NCBI RefSeq assembly: GCF_009914755.1
Contig: NC_060935.1
DNA length: 64,000 nucleotides
Source: the human T2T-CHM13v2.0 reference genome, Homo sapiens
Reading direction: 5' to 3' (one strand)
Position 1 is the first letter of the stretch, and every line of letters begins with the position of its first letter. Under the pieces are notes generated by a model. That model saw nothing but the letters and a program-made list of their open reading frames with translations, was not told the origin of the DNA and searched no databases. This document shows, piece by piece, positions 1-16,031 of the stretch. A program made the translations under genes and the position numbers.

Positions 1-440
1 CAGAAAGACAAAATTTGCATGCTCTAATTTGTGAGAGCTAAAAATTCAAACAATTAAACTCATGGAGATAAGAGAGTAGAATGATGGTTAGCAGAGGCTG
101 GGAAGGAAGTAGTGGTGGGTCACTGGGGAGTGAGAATGGTTAATGGGTACAAAAGTATAGTTAGAGAAAATTAATAAGGGCTAGTATTTTGTACCATAAT
201 AAGGTGATTACAGTAAACAACAATTTATTATACATTTAAAAATAACTAAAAGGGTATAACAGAAATTTTTTAACAGAAAAAATGGTAAACACTTGGGGTA
301 ACAGATATTCCATATACACTGTTGTGATTATTATGCATCATATATCTGTATCAAAATATCTCATGTACCCCAGAAACATATACACCTACTATGTACCCAT
401 AAAATTAAAAATGTTAAAAAATAAAGATAAAAGAAAAAAA
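1..440 (+). mobile_element. L1MA-type LINE-1 3' end (truncated by window start)
   Basis: gagagtagaatgatggttagcagaggctgggaagg and tatcaaaatatctcatgtaccccagaaacatatacacctactatgtaccc followed by an A-rich tail match the L1MA 3' UTR. Confidence 0.85.
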
Positions 441-734
441 TTCAAAATATCCAAATTGAAAGAGTATCTCATAATACATATATGAATAAATATGCAAAAC
501 CTATATGAAGAAATTAAAAAACATTTTGAGAGACAGAAAAGAACATCCCAATGAAGACAATATTGTAGGGAACATTATTGTTACCACTTAACTCAGGATT
601 TAATAAAAACAGAACACTTTTTTAATTCAGTTACTTTTCAAATACAGACAATAAACCATGAACTTGCCCAACTATATGTGGGCTATAATATATGTTTATA
701 ACTGTACTACAGGTTTTTTCAATTAATTAATTGA

Positions 735-1180
735 AAAAATAATACAGCATAAATTTATTCAATTAACACAAAATAAAATTAACCATTTCAAAGTATATGA
801 TTCGGTGGTATATAATACATTCATAATGTTCTGCAACTACCAGTTATATCTAGTCTTCAAACACTTATTATCACAAAATAAAACCCCATGCCCATCAAGC
901 AATCACTCTGATTCTCTCCTCACCTATCCCTGGCAACTATTAATCTGCTTTTTGTGTCAATTGATCCATGGGCTTTTTAAATATTTTCTATAAATAGAAT
1001 CACAGAATATATAGCTTTTTATGTCTAGTTTCACTTAGCATAATATCTTCAAGTTTCCTCCATTTTGTAGCATAAATATTAACATTTATCCTGGCTGAAT
1101 AATATTCCATGTATAGATATACCACACTTAAATTGTCTATTTACCTGTTGAAGGACATTTGAAATGCTTCCACTTTGCTA
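735..1180 (-). mobile_element. Old L1 (L1MB-type) 3' end, antisense
   Basis: ccctggcaactattaatctgc, ttcacttagcataat and ggctgaataatattcc are typical reverse-complement L1MB 3' sequence. Confidence 0.75.
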
Positions 1181-1189
1181 CAGGGTTTT

Positions 1190-1920
1190 AAAATAGATGT
1201 TATTAGAACTATATCAATGAGACTGAGAGAAAATTCCAAGAAAGTTCTGTGAACATATACTATATAAATAAGTATTATTTGGTATAATATTAAGGAGGAA
1301 AGTTTTGAATAATTTAACAAGTTGACATTGGAGTAGTCAATTGGGGATAAATTAATCTGGAGCTATTCTGCATTTGTTAGGATAATATACAGATGAATAT
1401 TTACATAATCTTGGATGGAGGAAATACTTTCTAATCATGACATTAAAGACACTAGAATAGATTTGACTAAAGATTCAATAAAGTTGAGAGAAGAGTTAAA
1501 TTACGCTATGATCTTTAACCTGTGAAGAATCATCAAAACCATAAGCAGGTAATTTGTTGACAAAACTCTAATTCTGAGCAGAATAAAATATAAAATATAC
1601 TCAACTTTATATTGGAAAAAAATTTAAAAGACTATTGATGTGCATTTTTGTTGTTAAAAATTATACACACAAAAAGTGATAATGGGAATGTAAAGGGAAA
1701 TGATGCATTTTGAGGGCTATTTGGCATTATGTATCTACGGCTTTAATAGAGTCCATATTCTTCTACTTCTCAACTGCTGGGAATTTAGACCAAAGCATCA
1801 ATCTTGCAAGTGCACAAATAATTATCTGCTGGCATATTAATCTCTGCTCTGTTTTCAAATTAAAAATATAAGCAACCTATGTCCAATATAAAAACCTATA
1901 TTACCTAAATATTTACATAT
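1190..1920 (+). mobile_element. Highly diverged L1ME-type ORF2/3' fragments
   Basis: Patchy similarity to the L1 ORF2 end (ataatcttggatggaggaaatactttctaa; gggaatgtaaa...ctatttggca...ctgggaatttag). Confidence 0.45.
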
Positions 1921-1984
1921 AATAAAAATAAATAAATAAATAAAAAATCCAGTTTCATTCATTTCTTATCATTATTATATAGAT

Positions 1985-2400
1985 TGGGACTGGCCAGTTT
2001 TTAATGTAGTGGACAAGAAAGTAAATATTGGCCAGGTGCAGTGGCTCACACCTGTAATCCCAGCACTTTGGGAGGCCGAGGTGGATGGATCATGAGGTCA
2101 GGAGATCGAGACCATCCTGGCTAACATGGTGAAACCCCATCTTTACTAAAAATACAAAAAATTAGCTGGGCGTGGTGGCTGGCGCCTGTAGTCCCAGCTA
2201 CTTGGGAGGCTGAGGCAGGGGAATGGCGTGAACCCGGGAGGCGGAGCTTGCAGTGAGCCTAGATTGCGCCACTGCACTCCAGCCTGCCTGGATGACAAGG
2301 CGAGACTCTGTTTCAAAAAAAAAAAAAAGTAAATATTTTTGACTTGAGGACATATAATCTCTTTCACAACTACTTAACTCTGTCCTTGCATGTGAAAGTT
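1985..2400 (+). mobile_element. MER58A-like hAT-Charlie fragment split by an AluY
   Basis: agtaaatatttttgacttg...tctctttcacaactacttaactctgtccttg...gaaag resembles the MER58A 5' half and continues across the Alu. Confidence 0.55.
2030..2328 (+). mobile_element. AluY
   Basis: Full dimer with Y diagnostics (gagaccatcctggctaac, gaatggcgtgaacccgggaggcggagcttgcag), poly(A), TSD aaagtaaatatt at 2018-2029 and 2326-2337. Confidence 0.95.
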
Positions 2401-2404
2401 AGAT

Positions 2405-5170
<2,766 letters not shown>

Positions 5171-5199
5171 ATCATTTTTATTTCTATTGGACAGTTAAA

Positions 5200-5422
5200 T
5201 TGCATTTACTATGGCTAAGCACAGATTCACTTATGTAACAATTATTAACTCAGTTAATCATTATAACAGTTTAGGACTTCGATGCTATCTTTAATATCAC
5301 TTTACAGATGAGGAAACTGAAGTGCAAAATGGTTGAATCTTTTCCCAAGTCACCAATCTAGTGTAATTGGGATTAGAATACAGGTAGCTGGGCTCTAGAG
5401 TTTGTGCTTTAACCTCTATACT
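5200..5422 (-). mobile_element. MIR
   Basis: Core ttacagatgaggaaactga and ctgggctctagagtttgtgctttaacc. Confidence 0.75.
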
Positions 5423-5439
5423 TTAATGAAAAAACAATA

Positions 5440-6200
5440 ATAATTTGAGATGGTGCTAAATGCTCAGGAGAAAGTGAGCTAGGGCAAGCAAGAGAGAATT
5501 CTTGAGTTAGTGAGATAGGGAAGCCGGTAGAGGAGGAAGGAAAAAGGGGCTGGCTAAATAGATTGATCAAGGAAAGTCTCCTTGAGGGAGCTGCATTTGA
5601 AATGAGATCAGAGTGACAAGAATGAGGCAGTTGGGTAAATGTGTGGCAGAAATGTTATACCTCAAAGGTAGAGCAAGTGAAAGACCTGTGGTTATGAAGT
5701 ATTTTCATTATTCTAAGAATAAAAGGATATCCAATGGTACCTAGAATTTGTTGGGAAAGGGGTAGGGAATGAGATTGGAGACTGAAGGAAAAAAGTAGAT
5801 CCCATTAGCCAATGTGTTTCACTTCTAAGTGCAATGGAAACCTGTTGCAGCATTTTAGGCAGGAGATGACATGATATGATCTTGAATTTTAAAATATTGT
5901 TCTCTCTACATTGTGGAGAATGAAAGGCAAGATTCAGCAGTAGTCACAGGAAGACGAGTTAAGTGATTAGTGTAGGTATCTACCACCTACCACAGGGAAG
6001 GTGTCCAGAACCAGAGTAGTAGTAGTGGAGATAAAATGACTATTTTGGCCTCTGTTATAGATATTGTGTTTTCTGATAGCATGGAAGCAAGCAGTGAAAA
6101 AAAAAGAGAAGAGACTCAAAGATGATTCAAGTTTTTGGCTTCATCTACTGAGTTTATGGTGTTATTCTTTACTGACATAAAAAATGAATAGAAGATAAAC
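5440..6200 (-). mobile_element. L2 fragment
   Basis: Purine-rich L2 antisense motifs (ggaaagtctccttgagggagctgcatttgaaatgaga; ctaagtgcaatggaaacc; gatgattcaagtttttggct). Confidence 0.65.
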
Positions 6201-7852
6201 ATATCTGAATGCCAAAGCAAGAAATTCTGGAGGCATACATCCCAGAATGTTAACCTAATGCCTATCTTGGCATGGGGAGTTTTATACCTATATTTTCTAG
6301 TTTTTCTGCATTTCACTTGCATAACTTACATAATATATTGATTAATTGAAATATAAATCAGAGAAAACAAAAAATTAATGTAAAATTTATTAATATATGT
6401 GCTCATTTCTTATATTACCCAGTCCTCAAGATCTTTTCAAGTTCTTGTTTTTTAAAGGCACTATAGCTAATTAAAAGACAGTTCAAATATTTCTATTTCT
6501 CTTGGTCACATTAAAATAAAATTTCATGCAGAAAATTGTTATAGAGTCACGTATCTGGAATTAGAGAGTTCCCTTATAATTAAAGTTTAAGTAGAGTCCC
6601 AAACATTGGAATATACCCTGGCACAGGTGAGACATGCTGGTCTCTAGTAGAATAAGGCAGTTTGTAAACTTATTTGGGGCGTTTACACACAGACCATGAT
6701 AAAGGACTGGGTGTAATGAAACTGCTGCATTGTGGAGTGGCTACCTGTGGATGACCATTGGCTAACATGGATGGTGCCTAAAGTGATAATCCTTTAGAAT
6801 AAGATATAAATGGTTGTACCAATTTATCATGGCAATACCACAACATCAATGTGATGTAATGGAAACATCACAATGTATAGGCCTAAAAATTGGACATTCC
6901 AACATTGTTCTTTACTAGCAGAATGGTTCGATTTCTTCATCTTTAAAATAAGACTTAAATAGTGTCCGTTTCCTAAGCCTACAATCTAGTTCTAGTATGC
7001 TGACACTGAAAAATACTAAAATATTAAAAGATACACATCCATCATATTAAAAAGGTACCTTGAGTATTCTTTGGTAAGAGCTCTGGCATTTGCCTGCATA
7101 AAAAAATTCTTTTTAATGCCCTGGTAAATTCCAATACAACATACTTTATTTTAAAAAATTATCACCTTAAAAATGTCAAAGTTTGAATGTATTTATGGTA
7201 CTGCAGACTTCATTGTGGACCTACATACACAGGAATAAAAAGAAAATTTCGAAAATATATATTGGTAAGTGGATGCCCTCATTTTATACATCACATTTCA
7301 TTTTCTCATCTAATTTCTAAGATGACAAAGCAGGAATAAGAAAGATCTTGAGAAAGGTAAGAAATGTGATTACAGTAAAGTAATTTCCTAAAAGAAGAGT
7401 TTCAGAGAATGAGAGCTATTTAATATGAAAAGGAGAAGATACCAAGAAAGATAATAGAGCTACATTAATGATGAATGACATAGAGGAGGGTGTTTGACCT
7501 TTTTTAAATATGTAAAATAGATACAAAGGGTCATCACCAAAGCCCTGTTCCTAAACATCATTATAACAAATGGCATTTAGAAAGTATCCTTTGAAACTGA
7601 ACCTCATATACAGTTCTTATAATGTATAATAGAGTAAAATAACACTCCATGAATTCAGAGAGCTAGCAAATTGAAAACTGATAAGAGGCTTTTTTTTTTT
7701 TAATACGAGGAAGGATAATGAACATGCAGATTGCCAGGAGAATCTTATGCAGGTGAAGAGGTCTAGGGAGTGGAAAGGGAGGGAGGAAAAAGAAAAAGGG
7801 ATCAGTGAAAGATGTGCGGAGAGAATGTAAAATGAAAATGTACATACATAAA

Positions 7853-8200
7853 CAGTCATGGGTCACTTACTGACAGCGATATGTTCTAAGAAATTGGGAA
7901 ATAGGCAATTTTGTCATCGTGCAAGCATCAGAGAGTGTACTTTCACATATCTAGATAATGTAGCCTTCTACACACATAGAGTATATGGTATAGCCTATTA
8001 TTTCTAGTCTACCAATCCGTACAGCATGTTACTGTGCTGAATATGGCAGGCAATTGTAACACCATGGTAAATATTTGTGTATCTAAATGTATCTAAACAT
8101 AGAAAAGGTACAGTAAAATCAGGGTATTATAATTTTATAGCACTATCATTGTATATGCAGTCTGTCATTGACCAAAATGTCATTATGTGGCATATGACAG
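7853..8200 (-). mobile_element. Tigger3a (MER7A) TcMar-Tigger MITE
   Basis: cagtcatg...catatgacag termini; internal tatctaaacatagaaaaggtacagtaaaa and ggtatagcctatt match Tigger3a. Confidence 0.85.
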
Positions 8201-9726
8201 CATATGTGTGTGTACATACACACACACACATATATTTATATATACAAAAATATTTACAAAATAATATCAACCAATTAAGAAATTGACCATCAATTTCTTA
8301 TTATGAGTTCACAAAAATCCCAAGGCTTCACTTTAGGATTGCCTGCTATAGCACAACATTCTGTGTTATTTAACGTAGGTTTGGGCCAGCTCTTAGCCTT
8401 TATCGGAAGTTTTAGGAAGCTTTCCAAATACTATGCCTCACCTTGAACTTACAGATAAATTTTCAGAGTTGGCATAATAGTTCCTTTACCTACAAGCACA
8501 AAAGATAATGACTAAAGGATTTGACTTTTAAGCATAGCAAAATATCTTAAACTATCTGGTTCTTTTACTCCCCCTTGCCAATATTTTCATTTACTAATTT
8601 TGTCTCTTAGGGTCTTCCCCTGTATTCAACTGGACTCTAATCATCTATGCTGAAAATCCTGTCTTGAGAAATGGGTTCTCCCAATGCCAGACTAGTGATA
8701 GCTCTTAGTTCACACCTAAAAGCACCAAAATGCAGAGTAAATAAAGTCAAGGCTTGGTAACGTAGAGATTTGTGTAATCAGGAAAGTGAAATGCCAGGCT
8801 TTCTGCTCTGTAATTAACAAAGCCATCACTTAAGGTTTACAGTGGAATACAAAAAATGCCATTTGCAATTTGAAACAAAAGAACCATTAGCTTTCTGCCC
8901 CCTTTAATGCATTATTGATTTACAATCCCTTACTTTCATTTAATTTCAAGCCAAAAGCCTGCATGCCTATTTTTTCTTCTTCCTTAAAATGGGCATTACT
9001 GATTTTGCTTCCAAACAACAGCCTCCCAGCCCTCTTTCCTCTGTCAGCTTTTCAACTTGTTTTATTAGTAATGGCTTTCATTTCCCTTAATTATGTTTTC
9101 GGCATATATACTTTCAGATACCTTTTACTATGTCATAGTAACATTTTTTTGGTTCCTGTCTTAAGACAGAATCAGTGGAAACAGTTACTACCCGTCCTGA
9201 TGCAGTGCCTAATATATGTTGCTACATTTATTCTGAGCTGCTTCAGGCTCTGGTATGGCTGCTCTCACTTTTAGGGGGATGAGAATGAACACACCATTAT
9301 CTCCTAGTCTTCTCTGGCCCACAGCTCCTCCCACCTAATTGCATACTTTTTTTTTTTTTCTAGGAACTATAGCATCTTTATTAGCAGCCACAAAAGGACT
9401 TGAATGAAACTGAAATGCCCAGTTGAATCTCAATTTACTTCATTCTCATACTCTTGGCCTTCCACTAGAGTTTCCTATTGTAATTAAGAATTGGTACAAG
9501 CATAAATTCAAAAAGTCTGAGTTTGGGCAAACAAATTATAATGTTAGTTTGTGTATTGCTTTTGTTACTTATGGTTCCTATGACAAAGATTATTAATAGA
9601 GTTTTTGAATCTGTTACAAACCTGGTGGATATTATTTCTATTCATGAGATATTACTCAAAATAACAAACAGCATTTCTATGTAGTCAATTATGGTAAAAA
9701 GTCTTTCTGTCACTGTCTCTCTCTGT

Positions 9727-9852
9727 CTATACATATATGTGTGTGTATACAGATGTACACACATGTGTATACATCTACATACACATGTTTATACATATAC
9801 ATATGTGTATGTATGTATGTGTGTGTATATGTGTGTGTATTTTATATATATT
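9727..9852. repeat. Degenerate (TA/TG/CA)n alternating purine-pyrimidine repeat
   Basis: Seen directly in the sequence. Confidence 0.8.
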
Positions 9853-10161
9853 TATAAATTCAGTTAGTTTTGACCACCACTTGGCTAGTGCCATGCATTA
9901 TTTTTAGACATAAATACAACAATTTTGTTACCATGAAGATTATTCTTCTCAAACAACATATTATTGGTTCATAGTCATAAATACAAGTGTTGATTACTCA
10001 CCACCCCTTAAAAATACCACTGTTAATAATATTTTCTTAAATGCAGCGAAGTTTGAAATATTGAACACTATGCTTTGTCAGAAGAACAAATTTGTTAATT
10101 GTATGTCTATATAATTCAATTTTAAGGTGTTCGGTGATCTTATAAGAGATTATTTGGCTAA

Positions 10162-10511
<350 letters not shown>

Positions 10512-13054
10512 CTACTTTATTTTTAAAATATAAATGCCTTTTGAAATTATATTCTTTCTCCAGAAATTATACACTTGATTGCAACAGTTTTGGAATTTGT
10601 GTTAAAAATGCAGCATTTGATGTTATTATTTTTAATATCATATCAGGGAAAGATTTAAGTATGGAGAACATAAGTGTCAAAATTGAGAAAATGTATTTGA
10701 GTAATTTTTGGTAATAGGATAGGATTTCATGTGCCTTGTAAATCAGCTGTAAAGGTAATTCTGCAAGATGAGCCCAGAATTATTTTGTAAAATGTGATAA
10801 AACCACAATCTTGAAAATAGTGTCTTACAAGCAAGCTACTACTTTAAAGTGCAACATTCATTGGACAAATACCGCTATTTAAAAAAATATTATTTGCATA
10901 CTTTGTCAGAGGATTCATTCTGAGTTGTCCTTTAGTTAAAATAAGAATCATTTATCAAGTTTCTAATGAAAGATGTTTATTTATATATATATATACATTC
11001 ATTAAAGAATAATCCTATGTATTATGTTCATTTAATAGTTCATTTTCTTGGGTTTCTACTTCACTCCTTCAAAATGTTTACCTTCATGTTTCACTGAGAA
11101 TTTAGAAATGAAGCATCACCTTCAAATTTCATCTAAATCCTCTGAGCAATTGGCAAGCAGTCACTAAGCAACTGCCCAGGTTTACCCTACAGAAGGCTGA
11201 AGAGTTGAATTCTGTTATAAAATGAGTCAAGGGACCAAGGAAGCACATGCCTTCTCTAATAAAGTTCCGTCCTACCTCTCTCGTCAGATTGCTGTGGTCC
11301 TCAGCTGTTTAAATGGATTGGGAAAGAGCTTGGAAAAGCAAAAGCAAAATAGTCAATATGAGGTAGTGATAAAATCTATTAGATCTCATTTTTTCTGCTA
11401 TATTTAATCAAGCAATGATAGTAACATTTTTGAACACAACTTAAAGTAATTTTTTATGTAATAAGTCATTGATGCCTCACAAACACCCCTATTTTGTATC
11501 TCCCTTATTCTTGTTTTGATTGTTTGCAGATATTTTTGTTACAGAAATATATGTGTTGATTTTAAATAAAGTGAATTAATTTGAAAGATTCATCCTATCA
11601 TAGCACATGCTGCAGTCAATGGCATGACTGTAACAGCAAATAATCCTTAGGAAAGACGAGAGTGTCAAAAATTGCGCTGATCTTTAGTCTAGAAAGGGTA
11701 TGAAATAGTGTATAGTTTTTAAGGTGCATACAACATGCTTTTAGGATCCAATAAATTAGAAAGAAGAAAGCAAAGATAAGGGGGAAAAACACAGAAAGAA
11801 AGAAGAAAAAAAGTATTAATAGAAAGGGAGGAAGAAAATGTGACTGTTTGGGACTTTTTCAAAAGGAGAGTTACCGTCAGCCGACAGAAAGAGAACATTT
11901 TAAAAATACCTGACGAGTTTCATAATGATAAAGCCCTGCTCATTAATTGCAATGATAATGTATGTGTAGATTTAGAATTTAGTGAAATCAGCTACAATTT
12001 TAGAATTATCACACAGCTATATAATCTATGTTGTTATGCTAATTAACACATTTCTGTCTGGATACGATAAGAGATGATGCCGAGGAATGAATACAAATCT
12101 ATGATTCATAGGCTGAATTCTGCTAATGTCAGGCGAGATTTATGAGTAATAACAAAAACTGGGTGTGTATTTCAGTCCCATCATTTTTCTATAGTTACAG
12201 CATGTCCTTCAACTTTTAAACTTCCAAACTCATAACTTGCAAAAAAATTTATTTTTCTTCAACTACCATAAATTGCCTAACTCTTAATTTGATTCTTACT
12301 TTAAGTGAAGTGATGTCACTAAAGGGTATTATTAGAGGCACTTTTTTGATATATCTAAAATGGCATCTCTTGGTTATAGTTTACTAGAGAAATAATCCAT
12401 AAAACCCATTTCCTCTTTTTATAATGTGCAATTCAAAATGTTTTCTTGTCACTGTACAATTTAGAGAATGAATTTATACATAGGAATCAGACACTATGAA
12501 CCAATCTTTATCTGATTCACTGGAAGCTCCAACAGTATATCCACTATCCTTTGGTGGGATGAGGTAAGGTGCTGTCTTTTCAAAATACACAAAAACAATA
12601 CACTTTTAACTGTTTCTGGGGAAACAGCTTCAAATTCTACTAAGACATTTGTCATTTAGGTTGTACTAGGTTCTGTCCAAAATTGACCGCTCACTCCAAG
12701 ACAAGGCAAATTCTACCTCAATTCTAATGAAAATGTATCTGTCATACTTTACCATCTCATTGCACATTGACTCAGCATAGAGTAGATGAACAGTAGATAT
12801 TGTTGGAAAAAAAAACGGAAGTTGAGAAGAGAGGAAATCCCACTGAAAATCAGCAAGTTTTGTTTTTGTTTTTTTCAGAATCCAGTGACTCCTTAACAAA
12901 TTATACATGAAAATTGGTGTCCTATTTTCTTTCCCATCATTTTTCTTAAATGTTTCTAGTCTTTGCATATAAACTCATACGAACGATGAAAGACAAAGTT
13001 AATTAGCTCTGGAAGCTTCTATGCTTTCAGCTGTGAGTTTTGTTCTCTTTCTCT

Positions 13055-13492
13055 TCAATAAGTTGAATTATTGGTCCAAAATATTCATTCCCCTCAAATT
13101 TTTATATACATTTATACCTTTGCATGGCCTCATGATGTGCAGAATTGTCTTCCCCACCTTTTGACTTTCAGTTTGGCCTTGCAACTTGCTTTGGCCAATG
13201 GGATGTTAGTGAATATGACTTGAGCAGATGCTTGAGATATGCTTGTGCAGTTGAGCTTGCCATATTTGTTTCTGCCATCATCACAAGAAGAAAATACAAT
13301 AAGTAGTCACAGTCTTCGGGATCTTTAATGAGACTTAAAGTTCAGAACCACCCTAGCTGATGCTTGAAGTCCCTGAACCTGAATCAGAGCCACCTCAGCC
13401 AATGTGTAGAAGTCTAAGTGACATATAAACGTATATCATATACCTCTGAGAGTTTTTTGATTGTTTGTTACACAGCAAAAGCTGATCGCTAC
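13055..13492 (+). mobile_element. MLT1 (MLT1I/H-like) ERVL-MaLR solo LTR
   Basis: ggccttgcaacttgctttggccaatgggatgttagt and terminal tgtttgttacacagcaaaagctga. Confidence 0.75.
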
Positions 13493-14869
13493 TACCACAG
13501 TAGGATTCTTTCCTGAATAAAAGACTTGGCCAAACATAATATGAAAGTGGAGTAAAAATTTCTTACTTGGTATCATTGGTGTATGTAACAAGGGTCAACA
13601 AGGAAAAAATTAAAAATATTTTACTTCCTCTACCCTATAATCTTCATTAGTCAAATCTCACCCACCCCAAATAGACACACGAGCCAACAGCTGAGCATGC
13701 TTGCTTTGAGGATGTAACTACAGTACAAGTTCCAAATCTTCATTAACATCTCCCCCACCCCCCATCCAGAAAACATTTGTAATAAGAAAATACCCTAAGT
13801 TTAAACTGGCGCACTCACTATGTAAAAGTAGGTCTTGGTCAAGGTTTTTGGTTCCTCCCTTGAGAAATCCTCAATATTTCTCTTATATAGAAATGTTCCT
13901 ATTGTCATTTCTGTCAGAAGAGCAGACAGGCAATCCGAGACACTCACCTCCATGCCAAATAAGTTTTACCAGGAGCTGAAGAGCCACATAGTAGTTCTCC
14001 CCATGTCTCAGTCTCTGTTCTACTTCTCTTTCAGGTGCTAACATAAACAATAAGAAGCAGACCCTCTACTTCTCCAGATTTATGAATTTCTTTAGAGAAA
14101 TTAAAATATTTTCCCTAGGTGGTAAAATTGTCTGTCACACATTGTTCTGTTAATTGCCAACTGGGGGGGGTAGGGGGAGGAACAGAGGGAACAAGGGAGG
14201 AGAAAGGGATCTGACTAGTCTCACTGTTGGGTGACAGTCCGTTAGTGAATTGTGGCAGTTACTATTCCAGTTGCTTATTCCTTTCCTTTGTGCTTGCTGA
14301 CAAGTGAGAGGCCTCTATGCGACTATGCGAAAAAGAACTGGTCCTACTTCCGTTGCAACATTCTCCATTGCATGTCTACAGCAGCAGTTTTCAACGTGAT
14401 CCCATCTAGTTTCCTCCTTTGAGAGCTCTTCAAAATCTTTGAAATGCTAATGGCATACTCTCTGATGCTGATCACTGTTGTAAACTTATTCTACATTTTA
14501 TTGTCATACTGTCATATCAGTATAAGTGAAAAGGAGGTGAAAATGAATGCACAATCAGCCATCTTGATTTAGAAGTTATTTTGGCAATTTAAAAAGATCC
14601 TATTAAAGGCACATAATTTAAATATATGCTTAAACTACAATTACAAACAAACCCGGCAACAGGGATTGGAGCTAGCTGAGTGTAAAGTCTAACCATGCTT
14701 TTTCCAAATGACTATATTTAGAAAATTATCCTTTATGCTTGCCCAGTGATTTCAAAGAAAGAATGAGTGAAATGAAAACAGGGAAAATGAAAGCCACCCC
14801 AGTTCACAGAACTCTTCCCATGGAGAAAAAAGGTTGGTATTCTTATTGTTGTTCTTGTTATTACCATTT

Positions 14870-15070
14870 TGCATCTTCTAACATACAAAACACCGCACTG
14901 TTACCTATGTTATATCATTTATTCCCCACAATTTAGGCAGGGAGGTAATCCTATTCCGATTTTACAAGTGAGGAAATTAGAGATATTACATAACATGCAG
15001 AAGTTCTCACATCTACCCAGTGACAGAGATGAGTTTCAATCTGAGTTCTGTCTTCTTCATGCACAAATTT
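14870..15070 (-). mobile_element. MIR
   Basis: attttacaagtgaggaaattagag core; agtgacagagatgagtttcaatc. Confidence 0.6.
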
Positions 15071-15712
15071 AATCCCAGGTTCTCAAGTTATTTCAAAAGT
15101 GTGCTTCCCCATGGTCATTCTCAGAGGTGTGATGATCTGCCTTTCCCTGAATACATTCAAAGCAGCTTGGTAATATTCAACCTCAATAAAGCAACTGAAC
15201 ATTTTTTTTTCTTCCTCCTCCTTTCTTTGTTCCTTTCACTTCTGTCTTAGTAGATCATCTGTATAGACTCTGATGCTTTATAATTTGCAGTCTTGTCCTA
15301 CCTTTGAGGACAAATGAAACCTCACCCTTTGCTGTAAATGTTTTAAGTTATTGATATTTTCATTCAATAAAACTGCCATCACAGTCAAATACAAGCAAAG
15401 CTACCCCAGATACCATACTTAGAACCAATTAGGTTAATTGATACTGCTGCTGTTTCTGGCAATTGAATAATATTAACAAAATTTAATTTTGCTCTTTCTT
15501 TTTGTTGTCCCTCATTTTTGTTTCATGACCAGTAAAGTCCATTGCATTTTCTTTCAGTGGTAGCTGCTCTAACATTTTTAACAAAATCATTTATGAAGTT
15601 ATAATGCTTCTCTCTTCAAATCTTTCCTGGAATGCCATGAATATTAGACACCTATTGGGATACAAAAAGGCATCTGAGAGGGGACTAAAATTTCTGTAAA
15701 AAATGCATATTA

Positions 15713-16031
<319 letters not shown>

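Noticed and set aside
8590-8760. Candidate + strand exon (tactaat...ctcttag|...)
   Set aside because: The branch point is too close to the AG, donors are mediocre, and the longest frame hits a stop; indistinguishable from a pseudo-exon.
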